Shown piece after piece: positions 33,867-48,818 of a stretch of DNA of 64,000 bases. The notes beneath the pieces were generated by a model, which was not told the DNA's origin, searched no databases, and saw only the letters and a program-made list of their open reading frames with translations. Each line of letters starts with the position of its first letter. The first letter of the stretch is position 1. This stretch comes from the human T2T-CHM13v2.0 reference genome, Homo sapiens: NCBI RefSeq assembly GCF_009914755.1, contig NC_060931.1, one strand, 5' to 3'. The translations under genes and the position numbers were made by a program.

Positions 33867-34537
33867 AGTCAGTCCTCATTATTTTCAGATTCCATATTTG
33901 CAAATTTGCCTAGTCAGTAAAATTTATTTGTAACCCCAAATGAATACCCCCGATCCTTTTGGGGTCATAGACATGCATAGAATGGTGAAAAATTTGTGTC
34001 ACCTGACATGCATTAAGAAGCAAAAATTGTCCTGGAATACAAACCTTCAAGAAGACCTACAGAGCTGAGGTCAAACATGACAATGGTCTGCCTTCCTGTT
34101 TCATCCCTCATACTGTAAACACGTGTCCTGTTCATAATCTGTTTAGTGCCATATATTTTTGAATTTTTGTGCTTTGTTTTAGTGATTGCACTGTGTAAAA
34201 TTGTCCCCAGGTGTCATGGTAAAGTGTTGTCTAGTGTTCTTAAGCTCAAAAAGGCTGTGATGTGTGTTACTGAGAAAATGTGTGTTAGATCAGCTTAGTT
34301 CAGACATGAGTTATAGTGCTGTTATCTCTGGGTTCAATGATAATGTACCAAAATACATTAAATAAGATGTCTTTAAACAGAAATACATATAAAACAAGAT
34401 TATGTATTGACACAAATGCTGAGAATCACATGCACCTAACCGTGTATTTTTCCTAGGAGCAGTGGTTCACTGTTGGCAAATTTAGTGTTCATGGCAACTT
34501 TATAGAATGTAACTACCTCAAATAATAAGAATCAATG
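33867..34537 (-). mobile_element. TcMar-Tigger MITE (MER82-like) with a 52-bp foreign insert
   Basis: Terminal inverted repeats cagtcagtcctcattatt / aataataagaatcaatg; about 670 bp; MER82-type internal sequence. Confidence 0.75.
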
Positions 34538-36601
34538 TATTTTATATATTTATTTTGGAGGACCTTAAAGTATCTCACAGACATTAGCTCATTCATCAAC
34601 ACAACTTCCAGAAATTAGCTGCTAGAGAATGAGTTGTTATTTGGAGGATAAGGGAAAATTCACTCTGTAGGTCTCCCTTAAGGTTTGTATTCTAGGACAA
34701 TTTTTGCTTCTTAAGTAGACAGTATTTTACCCTTGGATGTAAAAAGATCTGCTTGCTAATTATGGTTATGTTTGATTGATTTGCTTTGGAACTAATTGGA
34801 ATATTCCCTATTTGACTTCAATGGGGAAAGGTTAAAAGGTAAAGAAAGCATTTTGGAAAGCAGTCAGAACTTTTTGGCAGAAAAGTACCAGGTAGAGAGA
34901 AATAATCATAGTGGTTATTATCACAAATGTAAAAAAGGTAAGGATATAAATTGCTGGATACATATTTGAATGTGTTATGTTGAAAATGGCTACTCACATA
35001 TATATTATAGGAACTTTTCTCTCCTTCAACTCGGCATTCAAACCTTTGTCTAGATCCTGCTAATTCTTCCTTTATATGATTTCTCAAATTTGTTCCTTCT
35101 TTTTCATTAATATAGTGATAATCTGGAAATCCAGACTTTAACCATTTTCAAAGTTGACCTCAAAGTTGCTCTCATTTCTTTCAGCCACATTTTCCCTTGA
35201 ATGTAAGAGTTACACAGTAATAAACCATCTTCCTTAAGCATATTTTTATCACATTCTGCAGACATATTACTGCCCTACTTAGAAACTTTCAGTGGCTGCT
35301 AGTTGTCTATTTTTAAATTACTATAAACCACTGTCTCTTCATGTTCCTCAATTCTCCTACAGCCTTTCCACCCTATCCCCTGTAATTGATGTCATCTCAT
35401 AATTCATTGTGTGTGTAGGGGAACCTCTAGATGTTAATTCCTTCATCTTATAACCAAATCTATAAAGCTGCCTGTGTCTATTCCTTTTTTCCCTTCCATT
35501 ACAAAGGAAAGAAGTATTAGAACATAGGCATCTTTGATGAGGGGCATTATTTTGTCTACCACACATTTCTTTTTTTCTTCTCAATATAAGAGCAATGTAT
35601 CCTCATTCCAGAAAAATTAGAAAACAGACCAGCAATTTAGGAACTGTGTAGGCCCTGTTGATCTCCTAATGGAAACAGAGATCCTTAGTTCATGTTGATT
35701 AAGAAGGGAGGGTCTCTGATTTACTTAAGGCCTTGAAGATACTCCAAAAGTTTGTCAAAAGTCACAGAGAAGAAAAGTGTCACCTTCCACATAAAATCCA
35801 TGGGGAAAAGGAGTACTGTAAGACTCTTGGCAAGGTATTTAGTTTCTCTAGGTCTTGGCTTCTTTATCCTTAAAATAAGGAATTGAATTAACTGATTTTT
35901 AAAATTATTGTCTTTTAATATATAAAGGCTGGTACCTACATTCTACTAAAAATCAAAAGAGATGAATAGATAACAAACATAGGTTTGCTAGTTTTTTAAT
36001 CAAATCAACGTATAGTGTTATTTCGGGATTCAGTCAGTTACATTTTCACAGTCATGAAAGACAAGGAAAGACTGAGAAGCTATCACGGATTGGAGGATAC
36101 CAAGGAGGACAACCAAAAGCGATGTGGGATCCTGGATGGGATACTGGAACTGAAAAGGGGTATTAGTGGAAAAACTGGTGAAATCCAACTAAAGCCTGCA
36201 GTTTAGTTAATAGTTAATAGTATTATTAGGTAATAGTATTGCACCAATGTGAATTTCTTAGTTTTGATAATTGCTGTGATTTTACAAGAAGTTAACCTTA
36301 GAGGATGCTAGGTGAAGTACATATGGAAACTCTGTACTATTTTTGCAAGTTGTTTCTAAGTCTAAAATTATTTCAAAAGAAAATGTTTTTTATTAATAAG
36401 AGTGGGAAAGCAAGCCACAGAGGGAGAGAAGTTGTTTGCAAGATTTATAACTGCAAAGAACTCAAAATCAGAATGTATAAATAACTCATACAAATCAGTA
36501 AAGACTGACAACCCAATAGAAAAACAGGCAAAAGACTTGAAAGACTCTTCACATAAGATGATGTCCAAATAGCCAATAAGCATATAAAAATGTGCTTGGT
36601 G

Positions 36602-36950
<349 letters not shown>

Positions 36951-37029
36951 TCACAGTAGCCAAAAGCTGGAAACAACACAAATGCCTATCGACAGATGAA
37001 TGGATAAACAAAATGTGGCATAGACATAA

Positions 37030-37420
<391 letters not shown>

Positions 37421-39068
37421 CTAAGTGAAATGTCAGTCACAAAAGGACAAATAGATTGTATGATTCCACCTATATGAGTTACCCAATGTAGTCAAATTCA
37501 GAGACAGAAAGCAGAGCCTTGGTTACCAGGGGCTGGAGGGAAGGGAGAATGAGGAATTGTTGTTTAATGGGTATAGAGTTGCAGTTTGAGATAATGAAAA
37601 AGTTTTGGAGATGGATGGTGGTGATGGTTGCACAATGTGAATGTACTTAATGCCACTGAACTGTATACTTAAAAATGGTTAAAGTGGTAACTCTTATGTA
37701 CATTTACCACAATTTTTTTTTAAGTGGTTGTGTTGGTAATGGTAGTGGTGGTGGCAAGATATAGATGAAAACCACAGTGTGACACCATTATCTAGAAAGG
37801 CTAAAATGACAGAGGCCAAGGATCTGAAGCAACTGGAATACTGAGATCTTGCTGGTAGGAATATAAACTAGAACAAGTATTTTTGGAAAATTGTTTGACA
37901 TTATCTAGCTGAACATATGCATACTCCATAACCTAGCAGTTCCCCTCCTAGATATATATCCGTAGAAATATTTTCATATGGGTACCGAAAGACATACAAG
38001 AATGTTCACAGCAACATTATTTTTTTATAGTCCCCAAGCTGAAAACAACCAAAAAGCCCATCAACAGAAAAAGTGGATTCAGTAAATTGTGGCTGTTCAT
38101 GCAATGGGATACTTTCCCACAATATAAATAAAACTTCTAGTAAATGCAACAAACTTGGACAATTCTTAAAAATACATTAAAAAGAAAAAAAGACACCTTA
38201 AATATTTTATGATGTTTATATCAGGTTCAAAAATAGGCAGAACTGATCAGTGGTGACAAGAGTCAGGACAGAGATTACCTTTGGGGAGGAGTGAGGGTAA
38301 CAACTGATAGGCGACCTATGAGAAGGCTCTAGGGTACTGGGAATGTTCTAGTTTCTTATCTGTGTAGTGGTTGCATAGGTGTGTTAACTTTTGAAATTTT
38401 ATCAAGCTGTAGCTTTGTTATTTGTGTACTTTTGTAACTAAGTTATGCTTCTATAAAAAGTTTATTTTAAAAAAGAATATAGCGAGAAGCACACATTCTA
38501 CATTCATTTAATGGCATTATGTTTCATTATTTAACCCCCAACCTCCAGCTCAGTGATAAAACTGAGGGCCCTAAATGCAAATTCCTTCCCACTCTTATTC
38601 TTGTTGTTTTGAAGTTTAAGAACAAGTTTTCAAGTTTAAGCTTGACTTTTCTTTGAGAACAGCTTTAGCTAGAGGTGCTAACTATGCAGCAAACTGAACC
38701 CTGACCTAAGTGGAGCTCTAATTAGCCGGGTCAGGGAAATTGAGAATTTAAGTCCATACTCCACTCCTGGATTCTACAGGTCTTAGGGAGTAGAGAAGGT
38801 AGCTTAGTGACTGCTTTAGAATACTGTAATCTTTGTATTACTTAATTGTTTATTTGAGAAACACTGGATTAGTCAGTGGCAAGGAGGTACATTTAGTTTA
38901 TACTAAGCATAATTTTGTTATAGTGATGTTTCTATTTATAATAGTTTTGTTAATTTTTACTCATACCCTGTTCTCTTTTCCTTCCTTTTACTCTTCAGCT
39001 ACCTGTTCTATATTTAATTCATTTTAGGCTTTGCCCTGAGCTAGCTAGCTATTTTTTTTTAATTTTAA

Positions 39069-39443
<375 letters not shown>

Positions 39444-39939
39444 TAGGACATATAACTTCTGTTCTCAGATTGCTTGCAGTACCAGTGTGGAAAGAGACAA
39501 ATGATCAATTATAGTATCAATGCTGACATGCACTGTGATAGAGATCAGTCTGGGGGATTACTCAGTAATTCGTGTAATTGATTCTTAACCTAGACCAGGA
39601 ACTGGAAATGTCTACTGAAGGAAATTACAGCTAATCTATAAATTTTGAAAGACGTGTGTGTGTGTGTATGTGTGTGCATGCATATGCCTATGTGTGCTTT
39701 CATTCAGAGTGGGAAGGTAAGGGAATGTAGAGCACCAAGGCTCCAGAGATAGGCAGAGACCAAGTCATGAAAGGTCTTATATGTCATCATGCTAAGGAGT
39801 TTCAATTTTATTTTGAGGATAGTGAGGAGTAACTGGGGTGTTATAAACAAGGAAGTGATATGGCATGTATAAATGAATTTAATGAATTGAAGTAGGCTGT
39901 TACATGAATGGAATTATCTAGGTAAACTTTTACTTTTCA

Positions 39940-40092
39940 AAGTGTTGTCCCAGCCATATTGTCATCATCTCAGAGCTATTCAAAATGTAGAATTTTGGGA
40001 CCTATTCCAGACTTTCTAAATCAGAATGGGCATTTTATTTTAACAAGATCTTCACATGATTTATATGCACATTCAAGTTTGAAAAGCACCGA
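39940..40092. mobile_element. MER5B-like hAT MITE
   Basis: aatcagaat..gcatttt..aacaagatc...gcacattcaagtttgaaaagcac. Confidence 0.65.
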
Positions 40093-40169
40093 TTTAGACA
40101 GATAATGATGATGGTCAGGCTTTATACAGCTGGTGTGAGGAAGATAGGACAGATTGCAAGAGATATTAC

Positions 40170-40485
40170 GGAGTACATGTTCTTCCCTCTATTTGGAATA
40201 CTCTTCTCAATTCCCCTCCAACACACACCAGGTAACTCCCCGCTTATCCTTTACCTTTCTGCTTAAATGGAGCTTCTCTCTTGCCACGGCCCCAATACAC
40301 ATAATTGGTGCCCTTGCCATATACTCCCATGTACTTATATTATCATTTCTCACACTTTTATATACTTATTTAATTGCCTCTCTCCTTGTACTGTAAGCAC
40401 CACGAAGATAAAGATCATTTTTCTGTGGTACTTGGCACATGGTAGGCACCCAGTAAATATTTGTGATTTGATTAAATGAATGAAT
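40170..40485 (+). mobile_element. L2 3' end
   Basis: tggcacatggtaggcacccagtaaatatttg...aatgaatgaa. Confidence 0.7.
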
Positions 40486-40589
40486 TCTTCATGTATAAGA
40501 AGAGAAAATGGATTTGGGTATGCTAGAGAGAAGGATGTACATGCTGTAATTATTAACAATAATAGTTATTTTATGTATGTGTGTGTGTT

Positions 40590-40788
40590 TATTTTTGGAC
40601 ACCCAGTCTTGTTCTATCTCCCAGACAGAGTGCAGTGGCATGATCATAGATCATTGTAACTTCAAACTCTTGGGCTCTATCCTCCCATCTCAGCCTCCCC
40701 AGTAGCCAGGACTGTAGGCGCACACCACTATGTCTGGCTAATTTTTTTTTTTTTTAAGAGATGGGGTTTTGCTATGTTGCTCAGGCTG
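40590..40788 (-). mobile_element. Partial AluJ
   Basis: Truncated antisense Alu. Confidence 0.85.
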
Positions 40789-40799
40789 AATAATAGTAA

Positions 40800-41230
40800 A
40801 TTTTAAATAGCACTAATAAGTTCCAGGTGCTAAGTGCTTTGTTCATATTAATTTATTTGATTATCCCAGCAATCCTATAGGATAGATATTCTTAATAGCC
40901 CTATTTTACAGATGAGAAAACTGAGGCACAAAAAGGATAAGTAATTTGCCTAAGGTTATGCTGTTGGTAAGAAGCGAGATTCAAACCAGGCAGTTGAGTA
41001 CTACTCTGCTCTATCTAGTTTTGGACAAAATAGCTTCCTGGTGCTTAGTGTTTTATATGTATTAGTTATTTAATCTTTATAAAACCAATGTGTAGAAGAT
41101 ACTGTTATCCTGATTTACAGACAAAGAAACAAAGGTTCAAAAAGGTTGTGTAGCCTGAGGATACACAGCTAGTAAGTGATGAAACTGGCCTTCAAACCCA
41201 AGTCTATTCAACTTTAAAAGCCTATAGTCT
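40800..41230 (-). mobile_element. Two MIRs
   Basis: attttacagatgagaaaactgaggcaca core. Confidence 0.75.
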
Positions 41231-42507
41231 TTACCTGTAATGATGATGCTTCCATGTTGAGTCCAAAAAATACCTGTGAGGTATGAATTTTAGATTACTG
41301 AGGAACTGATAAGTAAGATACCTAACATCATTTAGGTTGTGAGATAGGGAGAAGGGCTCAACAATGCCGGTGTCTGTGATAGCACTGGCATTTTGAGTTT
41401 GAAGGAGTAAAGGAGATTTAAGGTCCAGCAATTCCAGCCAGTCTCATACTTGACCACATTGAGCTTTGAACTCAGGTGGTTAGGAACTTTAGCCTCCATA
41501 ATAAGCTGAAACTTAGGTGACTAAGGAATAGTTATTGGTTTTCTTGTTTTTTTTTTTTTTTTTTTTTTTTTTATGGTCTCAGAGAATCTAGATGGATTGG
41601 AAATAGTGTTAGAACTGGAAGGAACCAGTTCTAACCTTCCACAGTTCACTCTTCCTTACCTCCCTCTCATTTTATGATAAGGAGATTGAAGAAGGGTAAT
41701 TAGGTGATTTGCCAAAGTCCAATAAAACAAAGCCAGGAAAAGAAGACAGGGTCACATTCTTGTATTCCTTGCCCTGTGCCTTATCTCTAGGTTCCAGATT
41801 CATCACCTTTTGATTAAAACTGTTCTGCCATTATAGTAACATCTTCACTGCCTGGTGGTTTTTTTAGCTTTGAGCCCTGAAAAGAGTAACTTTTTGTCCC
41901 TTCCCCTTTGGCCCTAAGCACATACTCACTGACTTCAGATCATCCGGCAGGCCATATGCCCTCATGGATGACGATAGTATCGAGTCAATACTTGTGGGAA
42001 TACAACTGGCACAGAGGATTTTGAGCTGTTTTTGGAGTTAAGATTCTTCTAAGCTATTCAGATACTTGGTCAATTTTTGTACAACAGAAAGCCGCAGGAG
42101 CCGATACAGTTTGCATAACTTTTTTTTGAAGTTGCCAACTCCTCACCTACATGTTAAGGGTAATATAATCATATGCAGTGGTCTCACTCCTGCCCTGGCT
42201 ATAGGTGTATCTTCTAAGGCACATTATGGTAAAGTGGAATTATATTGGAAACGAATTTATAACTAGTACTTATACCTATACCTTATGCCTTACACAGTCT
42301 TTGTCAGTTAATAGGCCTTCAGTTCTCAAATGTAATAGCTACTATTTTATTTCCATTTCAGAATTGTTGCAGAAAGACGTAGTGAGGTTGCAGTGTTCAA
42401 ATAGTCTATTTTAGTTAAAACCTACAGTAAGGAAACAAAAAAAAGTCATAACTAAAAACAACACTTAGTTTAGCCTGCCAAAGTGATATATTTTACTTGT
42501 GTTTATT

Positions 42508-42786
42508 CTTTTATTTATTTATTTGAGATGGAGTCTCACTGTGTTGCCCAGGCTGCTCACTGCAACCTCTGCCTCCCAGGTTCAAGCAGTTCTCCCTGCC
42601 TCAGCCTCCTGAGTAGCTGAGATTACAGGCGCCCGCCACCACGCCCAGCTAATTTTTGTACTTTTAGTAGAGACAGGGTTTCACCATGTTGGCCAGGCTG
42701 GTATCAAACTCCTGGCCTTAAGTGATCCACCCGCCTCGGCCTCCCAAAGTGCTGGGATTACAGGCATGAGCTGTCATGCCTGGCCT
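42508..42786 (-). mobile_element. Alu (AluS-like)
   Basis: Antisense Alu with a short internal deletion. Confidence 0.93.
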
Positions 42787-42896
42787 ATTTTATTTTTAAT
42801 CTTGTTTCTCTAAAAGTCATTTTCTTCTGTGGTTTAACACTATCATGAAGGTTGTCATCTTCTATTTATTTAATAAATCATTACATAGAGAAAATA

Positions 42897-43200
42897 GGCT
42901 GGGCACGGTGGCTCATGTCTGTAATCCCAGCACTTTGGGAGGCCAAGGTGGGAGGATCACTTGAGGTGAACTCCTGGGAGTTCAAGACAAGCCTGAGCAA
43001 CACAGTGAGACCGCTATCTCTACAAAAAATTCAAAAATGTGCCAGGTGTGGTGGTGCACACCTGTAGTCTCAGCTACTCAGGAGGTTGAGGTGGCAGGAT
43101 CACTTGAGCCTGGGAGTTCAAGCAATGATCACATCACTGCACCTCAGCCTGGATGACATAGTGAGACCCTCTTAGGTTAGAATAGAATAGAATAGAATAT
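42897..43200 (+). mobile_element. AluJ-like with (TAGAA)n tail
   Basis: Sense Alu. Confidence 0.9.
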
Positions 43201-43226
43201 TAATTTTTTTCTTTTACCTTAAAAAC

Positions 43227-43537
43227 ATTTTTTTTAACTTTTTATTATTTTTTAATTTTTGAGACGGAGTCTCACTCTGTCACCCAGGCTGGAGTGCAGT
43301 GGCACGATCTCGGCTCACTGCAACCTCTTCCAAGTTCAAGCGATTCTCCTGCCTCAGCCTCCTGAGTTGCTGGGATTTTAGGCGCGGGCCACTGCACCTG
43401 GCTAAGTTTTGCATTTTTAGTAGAGACGGGGTTTCACCACATTCACCAGGCTGGTCTCGATCTCCTGACTTCAGGTGATCTGCCCACCTCGGCCTCCCAA
43501 AGTGCTGGGATTACAGGCGTGAGCCACTGCGCCCAGC
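43227..43537 (-). mobile_element. Alu (AluS-like)
   Basis: Antisense Alu. Confidence 0.93.
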
Positions 43538-44575
43538 TTCTTTTACCTTTTCTTTTTTAAAATTATTATTGTTACCACACTAGTCTACACTATCAATATA
43601 ATCTAGTAATTTTCTTATCACTGAAATATTCTAACGGTTGGGCTTCACTCTAGCCATAAAATAGACTTTTGGCCTTAATTTGTTCCTAAAAGTTTCATTA
43701 TAATGCAGATCAAAATGGATTACAATGGGTGCAGATCGAGCAATGGAAAATGGATTATATATTCCTGCCGAGATAATATAATTAAGGACTAAAACCCTAC
43801 TAAGGACTTCTCGTCAAATAAGTCATATAGGTGTAGTCAGTAATATAACTAAGCCTCATAAATATAAAACAGTGTTCCAAATTCTATAAAATGGACATAA
43901 ACATATTGAATACATTGAGTATGCAAGTTGCCCCCAAAGTATAATTAAGAATACGTACAGCATACATAAATTTTAAATTTGGTAATTTCTTAAGCACCTA
44001 CTATATCGCAGGTATTGTAGGCAAATCAAAGTAGGCTAAGCCCCTGAAGAGCCTGGAGACTAACAAGGGGTAGCACACATACATAGGAACTATAATTTGA
44101 GGAATGGTGAGAATAGTGATATAGCCAAAGAACAATATTAGATGAAGGGGAGATTCCTTTTTTAAGGTCAGGTTTCATGGTAGAACTATCATTCCTTTAA
44201 ATATTTGAAAAAGTGAAGATAATGGAAGTGAAGGCAGAAACGAATGCATTTTGATTTGAGAAAATGACATGAGCAAAGGCATTGAGGTAGGAAAGAACAC
44301 AGCATGATAATAACATAATTAAGAGCTACCATTAATTAACTCCTTAGAGTATGTACCCTTTTAAAATCCTTGCATCAGTCCTGTTAGGTAGGTAGCTCTT
44401 ATTATTTCCACCATACAAATTGGAAATTGGAGTTATATAGAGAGGTCAAGTAAGTGGCAGAGGCAGGATTCTAACCTAACTCTGTCTGATTCCAAAACCA
44501 GTGTTCATGGTCACCATACTGTGTAGTCTTTACATTCAAGAAGTAGCAGATAATACAGTTTACCTGGAGGATAGA

Positions 44576-44576
<1 letters not shown>

Positions 44577-44607
<31 letters not shown>
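44577..44607. repeat. (TA)n microsatellite
   Basis: About 15 TA units. Confidence 0.95.
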
Positions 44608-44609
<2 letters not shown>

Positions 44610-45401
44610 GTATGAAGTGGATTGTCTTCTGGGAAAGGATTTGTAGAGGGTTAAGAGGCAGTGAAAATGAACAGAAAGGGATAGATGAAAGGTTTGGTGG
44701 AGGAGGGCACAGAAATAATATCCAAGTGATTGTTCTGGGGACTGTGGGAAAAGGGGGAAATCAAAGGTGCCTGAGGTTTCATATATGGTTGCCTGAGGAC
44801 AGTGGCATCACAAACACAAAAAGTGAGGAGAAGAAAGTGTTGTTTGGAGGGGGGCGGGAAAGGAAAGACAGCAATAATGTTGATTGTAGATGTGTTGCAT
44901 TTAAAGCACAGATGAAATACACCATTGGCAATTTAGGTAACAGATGTGACTTCTCATTTTAAGAAGTCCTCTGGGTTTAAAGGAAGACAGAGGACAATAA
45001 TTAGAGGTTGCTAGGAGCTAAGACTTTATCAGAGTTGACACTCTGACTTCAGTGGGCCTTATTTTCCCTGCATCTCATCACCCTGTGTCCTGACATCACT
45101 CAAGTCGCCTCAACTCCATAGCTCCTCTATGACCACAGCTTCCTTTACTTCTACCTCTGCTGTTCTTATTTCGCCTGCTCTCCACCCTCCCTGTGATCCC
45201 TTGATACGTCTGAATGCACCTGGTTCAACAGTCCCTGTTTTCACCTGCCTTTCTCTCCAGTCAAACCTCTGGCCATTCATTTGAATTCTGCCCTCTCTGG
45301 CATCTTACAGTACCTCTTCCATCGATATTACCTTCCTCTCCTCCATTCCAAATCCAAAGGACCATTCTCTTAAGTAATGAAGGCCTTACAGGGTGATGAA
45401 C

Positions 45402-46169
<768 letters not shown>

Positions 46170-46199
46170 GAGCCTATAATCATAATTATAATATTGTCA

Positions 46200-47456
46200 C
46201 TGTTAGCTGTAGAGAAACTATCCTCTTCAATGGGAATTAACACTGTAAAGAGTCCTGGTCCTTAAAGGGACCAAAGCAGGCATATCTTGTTAGGCTTCCT
46301 TTGTGCCTGAAACCTGTGGTACTCTTATTGGATAATATACTCTAGGAATGAACTAAGCAGGTGAGATAGGCTAGCTTACCTTTTTTCTAGTTATGTCTTA
46401 TTTCCAAAATTCTGAAGTGTGCAGCAAGGAGGGAGTTGGTATGGAGAGATAAAGCAGAAACAACTTCGGAGGTCCTTTAAGGTGATAGTGTACAGGGCTA
46501 CTGCACTGGCATCCTGTTTCTTCCTGAAACCAGATCTGTGTGTAAAATCCAGCATTGGTTAGGGACTTTGAGGCAGCACTAGTCTTGGTTGGAAACCCTG
46601 GCTGTCCTCTAAACCTACACTGTGGTGGCTTCTGACTAGCCTCAGTGAAGTCACTTTGCAATCAGCACCTGTGTGTCTGTAGCTGCGGGCCCTGAGGCCT
46701 TCGTGTATGTAGCACAGGGAGCCAGCAGAGGGAGCTGTCGTCCCAGAACTTTCTTAGAGCTGCTAAGAAATTCTGATTTTGAAAAAGATCTTCCTAGGCT
46801 CCATCCGAACCTCCCATGCAATAAGACTCTAACTTGAGATATGCGAGAGTTTGGTGCCAGACCCCTGGTGTGAGCAGATGGGGAGCTTCTGCATAGCTGT
46901 TTAAACTTGAAAGCCCTAGGAGCTCTTGATTTCAAGGAAACGCCTGTTTACTGATCCAAATCAAGCAACTCTTGAGAAATGGGAGTGCCTTCCTGACCTC
47001 AGTCTTTATTGATCTTGGTATCCGCACCTCCAGTGACGTGTCCTGAAGGGTGGGAGAGAATTCACAAGTGCCTCACACACAGGGAAAGAAGGAAGTCCAA
47101 CTATTGCTGCAGAAAGTCCCCACTGGGGAGGTGCGGGTAGAGTGTTTGGGTAGCATTAAAACAGTGAGTGCCCTGTGAGAAGCACAGTGCCTGGGTGCAG
47201 CACTTTGCATCAGCTCTGATTTTGAAATCAGACACAGAAGGCTTTGAAGCCGGCCAGTAAGGGGTTGTCAGGCAGTTGACTAATGCTCTTGATTTGAATC
47301 GGAGGCTGCTGTGAAAAGGGATGCAGCTTCTGCTAGCCACTGTGAACTTCTGAATCTCACTAGGGTTGGGTCTGCTTTGGGGCACTCAGATAACCCCAGT
47401 ATTTCCAAACCAGCTTTCCCTTTTGCTTCAGGACATATCTTACCCAAGCCTGCACT
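46200..47456 (+). promoter_or_regulatory. Putative internal promoter/5'UTR of the MEKW isoform
   Basis: About 1.2 kb without recognisable repeats and with higher GC, directly upstream of the ATG; TGACGTG CRE-like site near 47034; no CpG island. Confidence 0.5.
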
Positions 47457-47513
47457 ATGGAGAAGTGGGACGGTAATGAGGGCACCTCAGCTTTTCACAT
47501 GCCTGAGTGGATG
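47457..47513 (+). CDS. AHCYL2: AHCYL2 alternative N-terminal coding exon, MEKWDGNEGTSAFHMPEWM
   Basis: ACTATGG strong Kozak context, 19 codons, ATG|GTGAGT phase-0 donor matching exon 2; lies in repeat-free DNA; peptide matches my recollection of a short AHCYL2 isoform N-terminus. Confidence 0.85.
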
Positions 47514-48418
47514 GTGAGTTCACTGGTCGTTTTGTTTCTCCTTCTGTTTCTTGATAATGAGAGGCAACCATTTCTGACGGGTGACAAGGATCACCTCTGA
47601 GAAGCTCCTACCAAGATCCGTGGTTGGAAAAACAGTTATTACTCTACGTTCTGATTAGTTCCTAGGTACTAGGTCACCACTGTTTCTTAATTATCCACGA
47701 AGCTGGGAAAGGTGTGAGAGTTGCCTGGCCAGGGCTTGTTGCCTGGTCATCTCTGGTGGGCAGGGGCTTTCCTCCGGCTGCTGGTGTGATGTATGGGTTG
47801 TGTTTCCTGTGACTGTTTTGCACTTCTGTTTTCAACCTGATGCTTCATTTGTTTCTCTGGGGGTAAAGAAAAAGAACAATGAGGAGAAAAAACAAAAACA
47901 GAACTTACAGAAATGGTGCTCTCTGAAGTCTGCAAAGATTGCAAACATTTCTCCCCTCCCTGCCCGTATTTTTCCCTTCAGTCACAACATTTCCCTATTT
48001 CCCCCCCAGCTATCCTTTATATATATATTTCTCTATGGCAGGAACTGCAGCTCTCTTGGTACAGTTCTTCAGAATACCATGTTTGCCTGATCAGTAGTTT
48101 TACTAAAATGATAATAAGGACTTATTTGTTGATAAGAACTAGCATATAAACCTATTATATTGGATCGAATTTCAACTTTTAATTTAAAGACAATAACCAT
48201 CCTTATGTTTCTAAATAGTTTCTTCTAGATTTAGCCTGATTTCTTACAGCCCACACAGGTTTATGTTTACAGATTTGTGTTTCCCCACTATGGAAAACTA
48301 GTTAGACTCTCTAAAACATATTTCAAGTTCTTTTTAGTGTTTATAGAATTATGGATTTGAAGAAATAACTATTGATAATGAGATAGAATATATAGTAGGC
48401 CTAACAAAGGCCCCCTGA

Positions 48419-48818
<400 letters not shown>

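Noticed and set aside
44501-44962. 153-aa ORF
   Set aside because: GTG start, spans a (TA)n microsatellite and MIR/L2-like sequence; no recognisable protein.
47913-48149. ORF MVLSEVCKDCK... as a third first exon
   Set aside because: The best nearby donor (TG|GTACAG at 48059) is phase 2 and does not fit phase-0 exon 2; no other support.
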